A stretch of DNA of 57,925 bases, taken from the IMG/VR virus record IMGVR_UViG_3300009160_000051, positions 1-57,925 of that record. The stretch is one strand, 5' to 3'. Source of the stretch: a virus (taxonomy: Duplodnaviria; Caudoviricetes). Below the pieces are notes generated by a model that had not been told where the DNA came from, did no database searches, and was given only the letters and a program-made list of their open reading frames with translations. Both the position numbers and the translations under genes were made by a program. Below, piece after piece: positions 19,757 to 27,183 of this stretch (position 1 is its first letter; each line of letters opens with the position of its first letter).

Positions 19757-20533
19757 TTACGCAGCAGTATTACTAATTAAAACACCTTGCAAAATTAAAC
19801 CCACAGAATGTGTTCCACTAGCGGTAGAAAATTGCCATTGGATATCTGTCTTTTGCGTGTAAGGGAATGGATTATTGCGTATTACTTGATATTTTGAATC
19901 CCATGCTGTTTGCAATACAGTAAGGGTTACAGGGTTGGTTTGGGCATTATTTGTGCTTTTTACTTGATAATTGATTGCATTACCAGCCGCAGCGTCACCA
20001 TTAAAAGCATTGATTGACCCAAGATACATTGTGTACCCATTTGGTACAGAGTACACAGCGGCTTGTGACCTTCCTACACCTGCTGAAATTTGAGAATAAG
20101 TAATACCACCATTTTTTGCCGTGATCGAACCTACGTTAGTAGTTTGACCTGTACCTGTGCTAGTCAGAATCATGCTATTAATACGTAGAAACTGGTTTGT
20201 TGTAGTTACATTCGATGTTCCATTTAGAGTTACCGTTTCAGATAGCAGATTCCAACTGGAGTCTAGCCCATTAATTAGAACAGTAGCTCTTGTATTATCA
20301 GAAGCAGACGTACTGGCAAGAGTCATAGTTACTGCAGATGCAGGAAAAGCGAATTGTGTAGTTCCTGTTAATTCCCACAGTGTGTAAAATGTAGTTTTAA
20401 CATTATCTGAAAAGGCAAAAATATTAACCTGACTAACATCGGCTACTTTACCACGAGCAACCTGCATCTCCCAAGGGGCTGCAAGGGAAGATCCAGTATT
20501 ACTAGCTAATGGTGGATAGGATGTAATACTCAC
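19757..20533 (-). CDS. putative virion structural protein
   Basis: 258 aa Ser/Thr-rich beta protein (I.GLD..W....ETVTLNGT..V.T...FLRIN). Confidence 0.55.
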   Translation of the reverse strand: MSITSYPPLASNTGSSLAAPWEMQVARGKVADVSQVNIFAFSDNVKTTFYTLWELTGTTQFAFPASAVTMTLASTSASDNTRATVLINGLDSSWNLLSETVTLNGTSNVTTTNQFLRINSMILTSTGTGQTTNVGSITAKNGGITYSQISAGVGRSQAAVYSVPNGYTMYLGSINAFNGDAAAGNAINYQVKSTNNAQTNPVTLTVLQTAWDSKYQVIRNNPFPYTQKTDIQWQFSTASGTHSVGLILQGVLISNTAA

Positions 20534-20977
20534 TTACTTCTTCTTCACTTTGCGTGCTTCAGATAAAGCAATGGCAATAGCCTGCTTTGGATTCTTAACT
20601 ACAGGACCACCCTTACCAGAGTGTAATGACTTGTCTTTGAACTCGCCCATAACTTTACCGACCTTAGCAGTTTGCTTTTTAGTCAAACCCTTGCTCGCTG
20701 TCGCTACGCCACCATCAGCCATCTTCTTAGTTTTTACTGGGGAGAATTTAGTAACACCTGCCTTAGCAGCTTTAGAACCAGATTTTTTAATCACAGAACC
20801 ACCTTTACGCATTCCGGGAGTTGATAGAGTAGCAGACTTCTTTTGTTGTATCGCATTTTGTAAATCTTGAATCTGCTTATTTAACCTAGAGTCAGGAACA
20901 GATCTACCCGCTGCAGCTTTCTTAGCAGCAATTAATTCCTGAGTTAAAGAGTTAATTTCTAAATCATCTTGAGTCAT
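20534..20977 (-). CDS. Lys-rich protein with xxxGG tags and a DUF6496-like C-terminus
   Basis: MRKGG, MADGG; KVM.EFK...LHSG...V.NPKQAIAIALSEA. Confidence 0.65.
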   Translation of the reverse strand: MTQDDLEINSLTQELIAAKKAAAGRSVPDSRLNKQIQDLQNAIQQKKSATLSTPGMRKGGSVIKKSGSKAAKAGVTKFSPVKTKKMADGGVATASKGLTKKQTAKVGKVMGEFKDKSLHSGKGGPVVKNPKQAIAIALSEARKVKKK

Positions 20978-20980
20978 GAC

Positions 20981-21265
20981 TTAGCACTTCTTCTTGCTCA
21001 TACCACCTTTGTTCATCTTTGGCTTACCTACGGCAATCATCACTGCCAGTGTAGGTTTCTTAGAAGCTGTTTTCTTAGCTGGTGCTTTCTTAGCTACTGC
21101 ACCACCTTTAGCCATTTTAGTCTTCTTAGCTTCTTCAGCAGCCTTCTCTTTAGCCTTAGATTCTTTGTACTTAGCGATATCTTTCTCTGCTTGGGCATTC
21201 TCTTCTTTAGTACCCATTACATTCTCTTTAATACGGGTAAAGAAGTTATCTGATTTAGATGGCAT
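20981..21265 (-). CDS. Lys-rich protein with xxxGG tags
   Basis: MAKGG, MNKGG. Confidence 0.65.
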   Translation of the reverse strand: MPSKSDNFFTRIKENVMGTKEENAQAEKDIAKYKESKAKEKAAEEAKKTKMAKGGAVAKKAPAKKTASKKPTLAVMIAVGKPKMNKGGMSKKKC

Positions 21266-21266
21266 G

Positions 21267-21446
21267 TTATTTTCCTAATGTCTTTAATGTCTTAGCTAGT
21301 CGAGCACGTTGCCCCATCTTACCGGGTGCTTTAGCTGCCTTGTCTAGTTTTTTAGCAGGGATAGTTTCACCCTCTTTTACTTTTAAGGACTTACGCAAAG
21401 CACCGGGTTTCTTGATAGCTTCTTGAATCCAGTTCTTAGTAGCCAT
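21267..21446 (-). CDS. small basic protein (59 aa, not in the ORF track)
   Basis: Translates as MATKNWIQEAIKKPGALRKSL...GKMGQRARLAKTLKTLGK; fills the gap between neighbours exactly. Confidence 0.75.
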   Translation of the reverse strand: MATKNWIQEAIKKPGALRKSLKVKEGETIPAKKLDKAAKAPGKMGQRARLAKTLKTLGK

Positions 21447-21450
21447 AGTA

Positions 21451-21876
21451 TTACTTCTTCTTCATAGCCATGCCACCACAAGCCATAGCAGGTTTAACAG
21501 AAGCACCACAGTTAGCATAGCCACCTTTGTTCATCTTAACTACAGAACCACCCTTAGCCATAGCTACTTTCTTTTTAGACACATAGCCACCACTCTTGTA
21601 ATCCAAAGATTGCTGTAGGTCTTTCTTTTCTTTCTCAGTCAAAGCACCCTTCTTAGCTGCAGGCTTATCTTTGCCCATAGCAGAAGCATAGGCTTCTTTA
21701 TCTGCAGCAGCTTCTTCTTTCTTAGTTAACTTCTTAGAAGCTTCTGCTTTCTTTTCTTTAGCAAATTCTTTCTGAGCCATTGCTGTCTCTTCATCATAGC
21801 CGGGGCTACCTGTGAATTTCTTAGCTGCCTTGTCCATTGCTTCTAATTGCTTAGTTAAAAATTTAGCGAGTGCCAT
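21451..21876 (-). CDS. Lys-rich protein with four xxxGG tags
   Basis: YKSGG, MAKGG, MNKGG, MACGG; RBS AAGGA. Confidence 0.65.
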   Translation of the reverse strand: MALAKFLTKQLEAMDKAAKKFTGSPGYDEETAMAQKEFAKEKKAEASKKLTKKEEAAADKEAYASAMGKDKPAAKKGALTEKEKKDLQQSLDYKSGGYVSKKKVAMAKGGSVVKMNKGGYANCGASVKPAMACGGMAMKKK

Positions 21877-21900
21877 TGCTGTGTTTCCTTTAGTTAAAAA

Positions 21901-22239
21901 TTACTTACCGTAAAACTTGTTGAGGGGATGACTACGTGATTTTGTTACCATACCACCGCTATTAAAGTCTTCTCTAAGATCTTTGTAGTCTGGTGCTTTA
22001 GTTTCAGCTTCGCCTGCTTTTCTTTTTTCTTTATTCTTTTCTCTACGGATCATTTCTTCATCAGCAGCAAGACGGTCATTGATTGACTTAGAAGCTGTAG
22101 AATTTGCTTCTAGCTCAGCTTTAGATTTCTTAGCCATTTCAACTTTCTTTGCAGCTAGCTCTACCTTACCCTGTTCTTCCTTCGGATACTTTTTAGAAAG
22201 CCTACCTACAAACTCCGCTGCTTTTTTTGATACTGGCAT
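21901..22239 (-). CDS. Lys/Glu-rich protein with an xxxGG tag
   Basis: FNSGGMV near the C-terminus. Confidence 0.6.
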   Translation of the reverse strand: MPVSKKAAEFVGRLSKKYPKEEQGKVELAAKKVEMAKKSKAELEANSTASKSINDRLAADEEMIRREKNKEKRKAGEAETKAPDYKDLREDFNSGGMVTKSRSHPLNKFYGK

Positions 22240-22266
22240 GTCCCTACTCCGTAATTAAAATTAAGA

Positions 22267-22536
22267 TTACCACTTAACCTTGTCAGCCCAGTATGCAGCT
22301 GATAGCTTACCCTTTGAAATATTCTTAGCGTGTCTTGCCTTGAATGACTTTTGTCTAGCTTTCTCTGCAGGTGTCGAAGGATTAGATCCAGCACCTGATA
22401 CACCTTGTTGTCCAAATCGGATAAGCTTCTCTGTACTGCCTTCCTTAGCTAGCACAGCATGTGACTTAGTAGGATGTTGGGGAGTTCTCTTCGGTTTATT
22501 ATAACCAGCAAACTCTTCCTTACCTTTTTTAATCAT
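22267..22536 (-). CDS. small basic protein
   Basis: NKPKRTP.HP.KSH.V...IRFG.QG...SFKARH...SAAYWA...W. Confidence 0.7.
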   Translation of the reverse strand: MIKKGKEEFAGYNKPKRTPQHPTKSHAVLAKEGSTEKLIRFGQQGVSGAGSNPSTPAEKARQKSFKARHAKNISKGKLSAAYWADKVKW

Positions 22537-22805
22537 ACGAACTTGTATCTCTTAGGTTTAAGAACTCTGGATTCACTCCAGCCTTCGGCTCTCATGGCAG
22601 CTTCGACATCTGCTAGTTTGAATTTCATTTGCTTGTGATGCTCCATAGCTGCCTTCACAAAGAATACATCACTATGGGGTACATGTATAGAGTCTAGTCT
22701 ATTGTTCCTAACTGCAGCATAGAAATCTTCCAATACGAAATCATCACGGAGAAGTGTCTTCTTTTTCTTTCGTTTAAGTACGGATAGGTTTACTTGTTTT
22801 TCCAT
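22533..22805 (-). CDS. hypothetical protein, first gene of the late operon
   Basis: 90 aa ORF with HVPHSDVFFV, coupled by an ATGA overlap to the next gene. Confidence 0.6.
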   Translation of the reverse strand: MEKQVNLSVLKRKKKKTLLRDDFVLEDFYAAVRNNRLDSIHVPHSDVFFVKAAMEHHKQMKFKLADVEAAMRAEGWSESRVLKPKRYKFV

Positions 22806-22906
22806 CTTTTGTCAACTGTTATTATTTTTCTGTTGTCTTGCTCTTGCCCTTGCTCGGATACAAGATCCTCGCATTTAGGAAGTACAGATGGTATGTACTT
22901 ATGTGT

Positions 22907-23097
22907 TCACTTTAAGTGAGGCATTTAAATGTCATTCAAAGGTAAATGAATTTTACTTGACAAATGTACATTTAACTGTATACATTTAACTGTTTTTATA
23001 TATCTATGTTATATAGTTATATATGTTTTTATAGTTTAACTATAACACTTTAACTGTATCACTTTAAGTGACTGTCTGTTAGACGTAGTTTAACCGT
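22907..23097. repeat. AT-rich short direct repeats with TTTAA core
   Basis: TCACTTTAAGTGA at 22907 and 23059; ACATTTAACTGT at 22968 and 22982; variants at 22921, 23033, 23047, 23087. Confidence 0.75.
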
Positions 23098-23180
23098 ACT
23101 TTGCTATTCTTGTCAAGCTTTTTCTGAACTATCTTCTCTATCATAACTAAAGTATCTAAAGACTAAAGTTCTATATACGA

Positions 23181-23209
23181 ATTATAGCATAAGTAAATTA
23201 AACTGTCTA
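23181..23209 (-). promoter_or_regulatory. sigma70 promoter facing the late genes
   Basis: Minus strand TAGACA-N17-TATAAT with extended -10 TG. Confidence 0.65.
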
Positions 23210-24166
23210 GAACAAGCTGTAAGCTGCTTTGCACAGTAGATAGTAGGTAGCTGTCACCTTCAGTGAGATCACTTGCTATGAGGCTTCCTATGCCCTCACA
23301 GAAGGTGTTACACACAAACCCTAGCATTGTATGTGAGTACATCATGTGATTACAGTTTACGTGAGGTAGGGCATGTGAGACACTGAAAGTGCATAGCATT
23401 GTTAGTGTGTACTAACCTATATAAATACCTGATCTGTGTAAGAAGCCATATACAACTAACGCACCACCCCCGCATGGCGCACGCCCGCCCCCAGATGTGC
23501 AGGTAATGCGATATGTGACACGCATCATGCAACACAGTGCAAATGCTATGCAAGGTGATGCATAAATCTGTATACAGATCAACGACTTACAGATTATATG
23601 CAACTGATAAAGTATCAGTTAGTGGGGTAATAGTGCCTAAAAAATAGGCAGTTTATGACTCTGTGAAACAGATATCCCCTTCGGTGTATGGTCACTTTTA
23701 ACCCAACACTCAAACTGTTATCACCTTTGGTGTTTCACTCATCCTGTTTTTCACCTTTGGTGTTTCACAATCATGTCGATTATTCCGTATTTCATCGACA
23801 TGTTTCACCTTCGGTGTTTTCACTTTAGCTACTTCACCTTTGGTGTTTTAGTGTCGAATGTTCGGCACAAAAATGTCATCCAAAGGCTCACATGGTTTTA
23901 ATAGACAGTCTTCAAGCGAAGCTTGAAAAAATATATTAAATAAAGAAAAGTGAAAACTGGCATGGAACTTTTACTAAAGTAACTTTTTCCCGATCAAAAA
24001 TTCCTCGTCAAACAATACCTTTAGCCTTTAGGCTAATTTAAGGGGAAGCCCCAGAAATAGTTTATCTTATTTACGAGAATATATTTACCCTTTACTGAAA
24101 GTGAAAGGGGATATAAATATATTCTCTTTTAAGTAAATAAGATAAACTAAATAAGGAAAAACCATC

Positions 24167-24319
24167 ATGGCAAAATCGATTCTCAGCATCAAAACTTCAC
24201 TCGAATCCTTCGGATTTTGGTATACCCTTCAACGATGTGGAGTATCTTTCGATACCCTATGGTTGATCTTTGTTGCTCACCAATCAAATAAATTTGATAG
24301 CAAGAAATACTCGGCTTAA
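24167..24319 (+). CDS. small early protein (50 aa, not in the ORF track)
   Basis: RBS AAGGA, MAKSILSIKTSLESFGFWY...KKYSA. Confidence 0.55.
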   Translation: MAKSILSIKTSLESFGFWYTLQRCGVSFDTLWLIFVAHQSNKFDSKKYSA

Positions 24320-24371
24320 ACTTTAGTTTACTTACAACTTTACTCACAACTATCCTGAAAGGATAAATATC

Positions 24372-25202
24372 ATGGCAAAATCAATCCGCTCCGCTTTACT
24401 GGCTAACGAAGTTAAGAACTTGGGCATCTTCCAAGCCAAAGGCTTAATCCCTGAAACTCCAGTCGTAGCAAACTGGAAAACAGAGCTTAACGCTCTGAAA
24501 CAAGCCGAGGTGAAAACATCAACTGTTAAAGTTGATAGCAAACTGAAACCTACGAAACAGTCGAAGACTGTACCAACCAAGAAAGCTGAAAAGCCTACCA
24601 AGGCAGAATTAGCGAAAGACTCTAAGAGTCGGCATCAATTCAGCGAGATTATGAATCGACAATTCGGTAGTGAGAAGGGTTATACCCTTGGTCAAGCTAT
24701 TGAACATTCAGCTAGTGTTTACACTAGTATCGTCAAACAAAAGCGTGGTCAGCTTGAAAAGCTGAATGAGATCGGTAAGGTACTGCAAGAGCTTCGCTCT
24801 GTTATCGGCAAATCGGATAAGGAATTCGGTCAAGCAGTTAAGGCAACAGCCTTAAAGAATATGTCTAGACAAGATCGTAGCGATGCTATGTGGTTATCCG
24901 AGAATTGGATTGAGGTGAAGGGCAAAATGAAAGAGTTAGATATTAACTCTTGTTCTGCTAGTTACCTTCGTCAGTTACTTCGTAAAGAAGCGAAATCTGC
25001 TGATAGCAAAGCTACTGTTAGCGAAGCTACTGAGTCAGATTCTGATTCTAGCGAAGCTAGTTCTACTGTCGAACCTTCGACACTACAACTCTCAGGGAAT
25101 GATGCTGAAAGCATTGCTAGTGCCGTTATCCATCTAGCTAAAGCTAAGGGCATTTCACTTGCTGAAATAGCTACGCTAATCCTTGCTGAATCTGCCGAAT
25201 AA
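24372..25202 (+). CDS. first large early protein, function unknown
   Basis: 276 aa, RBS AAGGA, helical core with QDRSDAMWLSENW; followed by a terminator. Confidence 0.8.
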   Translation: MAKSIRSALLANEVKNLGIFQAKGLIPETPVVANWKTELNALKQAEVKTSTVKVDSKLKPTKQSKTVPTKKAEKPTKAELAKDSKSRHQFSEIMNRQFGSEKGYTLGQAIEHSASVYTSIVKQKRGQLEKLNEIGKVLQELRSVIGKSDKEFGQAVKATALKNMSRQDRSDAMWLSENWIEVKGKMKELDINSCSASYLRQLLRKEAKSADSKATVSEATESDSDSSEASSTVEPSTLQLSGNDAESIASAVIHLAKAKGISLAEIATLILAESAE

Positions 25203-25236
25203 CCTTCGGTTAACTGTTGTATGTAGTATCGTCATT

Positions 25237-25256
25237 AGCCCCTAACGGGGCTTTTG
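25237..25256 (+). terminator. rho-independent terminator
   Basis: AGCCCC-TAAC-GGGGCT followed by TTT. Confidence 0.7.
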
Positions 25257-25411
25257 GCGTTAGTAGTACCCGTTTTGTGTAATGCAAATGTACTTGCTAT
25301 GCCCTGTGCCTTGTGATGTATATGCTGTATGTATGTGTCACGCCATGATGTTATGTATGTGTATGTATGGAACTGGCACAGGGTTCATGGCACTTAATTC
25401 GGAGATTATTT

Positions 25412-25534
25412 ATGCCAACTTATCAAGATTATGTAGCTTATGCTAAAGCCAAAGGCTTTATTCCTTTCACAGAAAAAACTTTCAATGCTTTTATTAAAGC
25501 GAAGATAAACCCCATCACTTCAACCTCACTTTAA
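25412..25534 (+). CDS. small early protein (40 aa)
   Basis: RBS GGAG; MPTYQDYVAYAKAKGF... Confidence 0.6.
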   Translation: MPTYQDYVAYAKAKGFIPFTEKTFNAFIKAKINPITSTSL

Positions 25535-25547
25535 TCGGAGATTAACC

Positions 25548-25721
25548 ATGACACATGTATTCGTAGTCACCTCGCATGTAGAGGTCGAGAAAAACAATTG
25601 GAGTAGCGAAATAGTCGGAGCTTTCACCCTACGGAAGGATGCGGAAGCACTTGCTAAAGCACTGGGCGAACAAGCCGAGTCCAATGAAACCATTGAGCTT
25701 CAAGAAGTTGCCCTTAACTAA
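25548..25721 (+). CDS. small early protein (57 aa)
   Basis: RBS GGAG; MTHVFVV...EIVGAF. Confidence 0.65.
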   Translation: MTHVFVVTSHVEVEKNNWSSEIVGAFTLRKDAEALAKALGEQAESNETIELQEVALN

Positions 25722-25734
25722 TCGGAGATTAACT

Positions 25735-25968
25735 ATGTTAAATGAAATTGAAATAGCAGATCTCAGCGTAGCTGATAAATCACATGGCAGTCTATGGGAC
25801 AGGGGTAGTGCTGATAGCTACTATGGTAGACCTCGTGATCCCCATTACTATCCACAGGGTACATACAATGGGGATCGTGTCACAGACCTTACCCCAGAGC
25901 AAGTAAGAGTGTACCTCGCAGGGTATGCATGGAATCAGAAGCATGGGGACAAGAAATCTTGGTACTAG
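25735..25968 (+). CDS. small early protein
   Basis: RBS GGAG before ATG 25735; DRGSADSYYGR..DPHY motif. Confidence 0.7.
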   Translation: MLNEIEIADLSVADKSHGSLWDRGSADSYYGRPRDPHYYPQGTYNGDRVTDLTPEQVRVYLAGYAWNQKHGDKKSWY

Positions 25969-25978
25969 TACATAGTAC

Positions 25979-26061
25979 TAAGGGAAAGTCCCTATTTACA
26001 AGCCAATCCCTATGCCTTGATACTGGAAATGTTTTATAGCGGTACTGTCGAATGTTCGTCA
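25979..26061 (+). promoter_or_regulatory. composite early promoter P1
   Basis: TAAGGG-N4-TCCCTA/TTTACA-N18-GATACT, then TGTCGAATGTTCGTCA 21 nt downstream. Confidence 0.75.
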
Positions 26062-26080
26062 CTAACTAAACGGAGTTTAT

Positions 26081-26800
26081 ATGTCATCACAAATCACCCT
26101 GTTATCCACAGTAGCTAACGCTAAGATCGAGAAAACGAATGCCGTTGTCGGTGGCAATCATCTGTATGCAGAAATGTCCCTGATGCCTAACAACACAATC
26201 TGTGCAGGTAGTAAGGCTGCACAGTGTATGACCCCATGCCTGAAGAATGCAGGTCGTGGTGTCTTCTCGAATGTTCAATTGTCCCGTCAAAGGAAGACTG
26301 ATTTTTGGATGTCCAATCCTACTGAATTCAAAGCACAATTAGTGACTGAATTAGAAGCCCTTGTAAAGAAGGCTAGCAAACAGGGTAAAACGGCTCGTGT
26401 AAGGCTTAATTGCTTCTCGGATATATCTTGGGAGCTTCAAGTTTGCAATCGTAATGGCAAGCCATTTAAGGGCATTCCACAGGCTTTCCCTGAAATCGAG
26501 TTCTACGATTACACCAAGCATGCATCACGATTAGGTAAGACACCTGAGAATTACTCACTCACATTCTCATACTCTGGTGTAGATACCTACAAGAATCAGG
26601 TCAAATTGGCACAGACTTCTAGTGCAAATATGGCAGTAGTTTTCCATGGTAAGGAATTGCCAGTCACTTTCATGTCCCGAAGGGTAATTGATGGTGACTT
26701 GCATGATGCTCGTATCGATGACCCGAAGGGTGTGATTGTGGGTCTTCGTGCTAAAGGACCTGCTCGTAAGGATGTATCAGGTTTTGTAGTGAGGGTATAA
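26081..26800 (+). CDS. gp88-like (radical-SAM-like Cys-motif) protein
   Basis: C-x7-C-x3-C, RLN..SDI, FYDYTK, LTFSYSG motifs of the GP88 family. Confidence 0.75.
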   Translation: MSSQITLLSTVANAKIEKTNAVVGGNHLYAEMSLMPNNTICAGSKAAQCMTPCLKNAGRGVFSNVQLSRQRKTDFWMSNPTEFKAQLVTELEALVKKASKQGKTARVRLNCFSDISWELQVCNRNGKPFKGIPQAFPEIEFYDYTKHASRLGKTPENYSLTFSYSGVDTYKNQVKLAQTSSANMAVVFHGKELPVTFMSRRVIDGDLHDARIDDPKGVIVGLRAKGPARKDVSGFVVRV

Positions 26801-26837
26801 GACCCGAATGTTGGTTCACATTTAATCGGAGATTAAT

Positions 26838-27173
26838 ATGATTATCGTTATTCGTACTCAATACATGGAGAATTACGGAGCACATGACTGGGATGGTGAG
26901 GGTGTGTGTCCACAATACTGGAAGTATAAGGGTGGCTCAGAGTACAAGGTTCGGAATATCCCTAGTGATGTTGACACATACCCTAGCATTGTAGGTATGG
27001 TAAGCAAGGATATCTCACGAAGTGATGACTATTGCAGAGAGTATGTACTGGAATGGTTCGTAGAATCAGATGACTATATGTCATGGTTCGAGAAGTCTCA
27101 GCTTGAGCATGATGGATCTATCACCTATGGTGAACCAGAGATTGACTATCGCAGTTTAACTTGCACTATTTAA
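26838..27173 (+). CDS. hypothetical early protein
   Basis: TQY.ENYGAHDWDG...YWK.KGG motif; RBS GGAG. Confidence 0.7.
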   Translation: MIIVIRTQYMENYGAHDWDGEGVCPQYWKYKGGSEYKVRNIPSDVDTYPSIVGMVSKDISRSDDYCREYVLEWFVESDDYMSWFEKSQLEHDGSITYGEPEIDYRSLTCTI

Positions 27174-27183
27174 CGGAGGATAT

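Larger units (their letters stand above)
23602..25252. repeat. dense array of short inverted repeats (mini-hairpins)
   Basis: More than 30 stems of 4-8 bp with 3-5 nt loops, many GAA/TTC; see findings. Confidence 0.85.

Noticed and set aside
20534-22239. Ubiquitin-like conjugation suggested by the GG motifs
   Set aside because: The GG motifs are internal in low-complexity proteins, and no beta-grasp, E1/ThiF, E2 or JAB gene is recognisable
23163-23603. Short minus-strand ORFs (78, 67 and 63 aa) in the divergent region
   Set aside because: No RBS, atypical Cys/His-rich composition, mutually overlapping and covering promoter and likely terminus signals
23676-23850. CRISPR array from the spaced CACC-TTY-GGTG repeats
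   Set aside because: Repeats are about 15 nt, spacers are short and irregular, and there is no cas operon; the Cas4-like nuclease is an ordinary replication-module exonuclease
23957-23975. Sigma54 promoter (CTGGCATGGAACTTTT; also CTGGCACAGGG at 25373)
   Set aside because: The -12 TTGC element is missing in both
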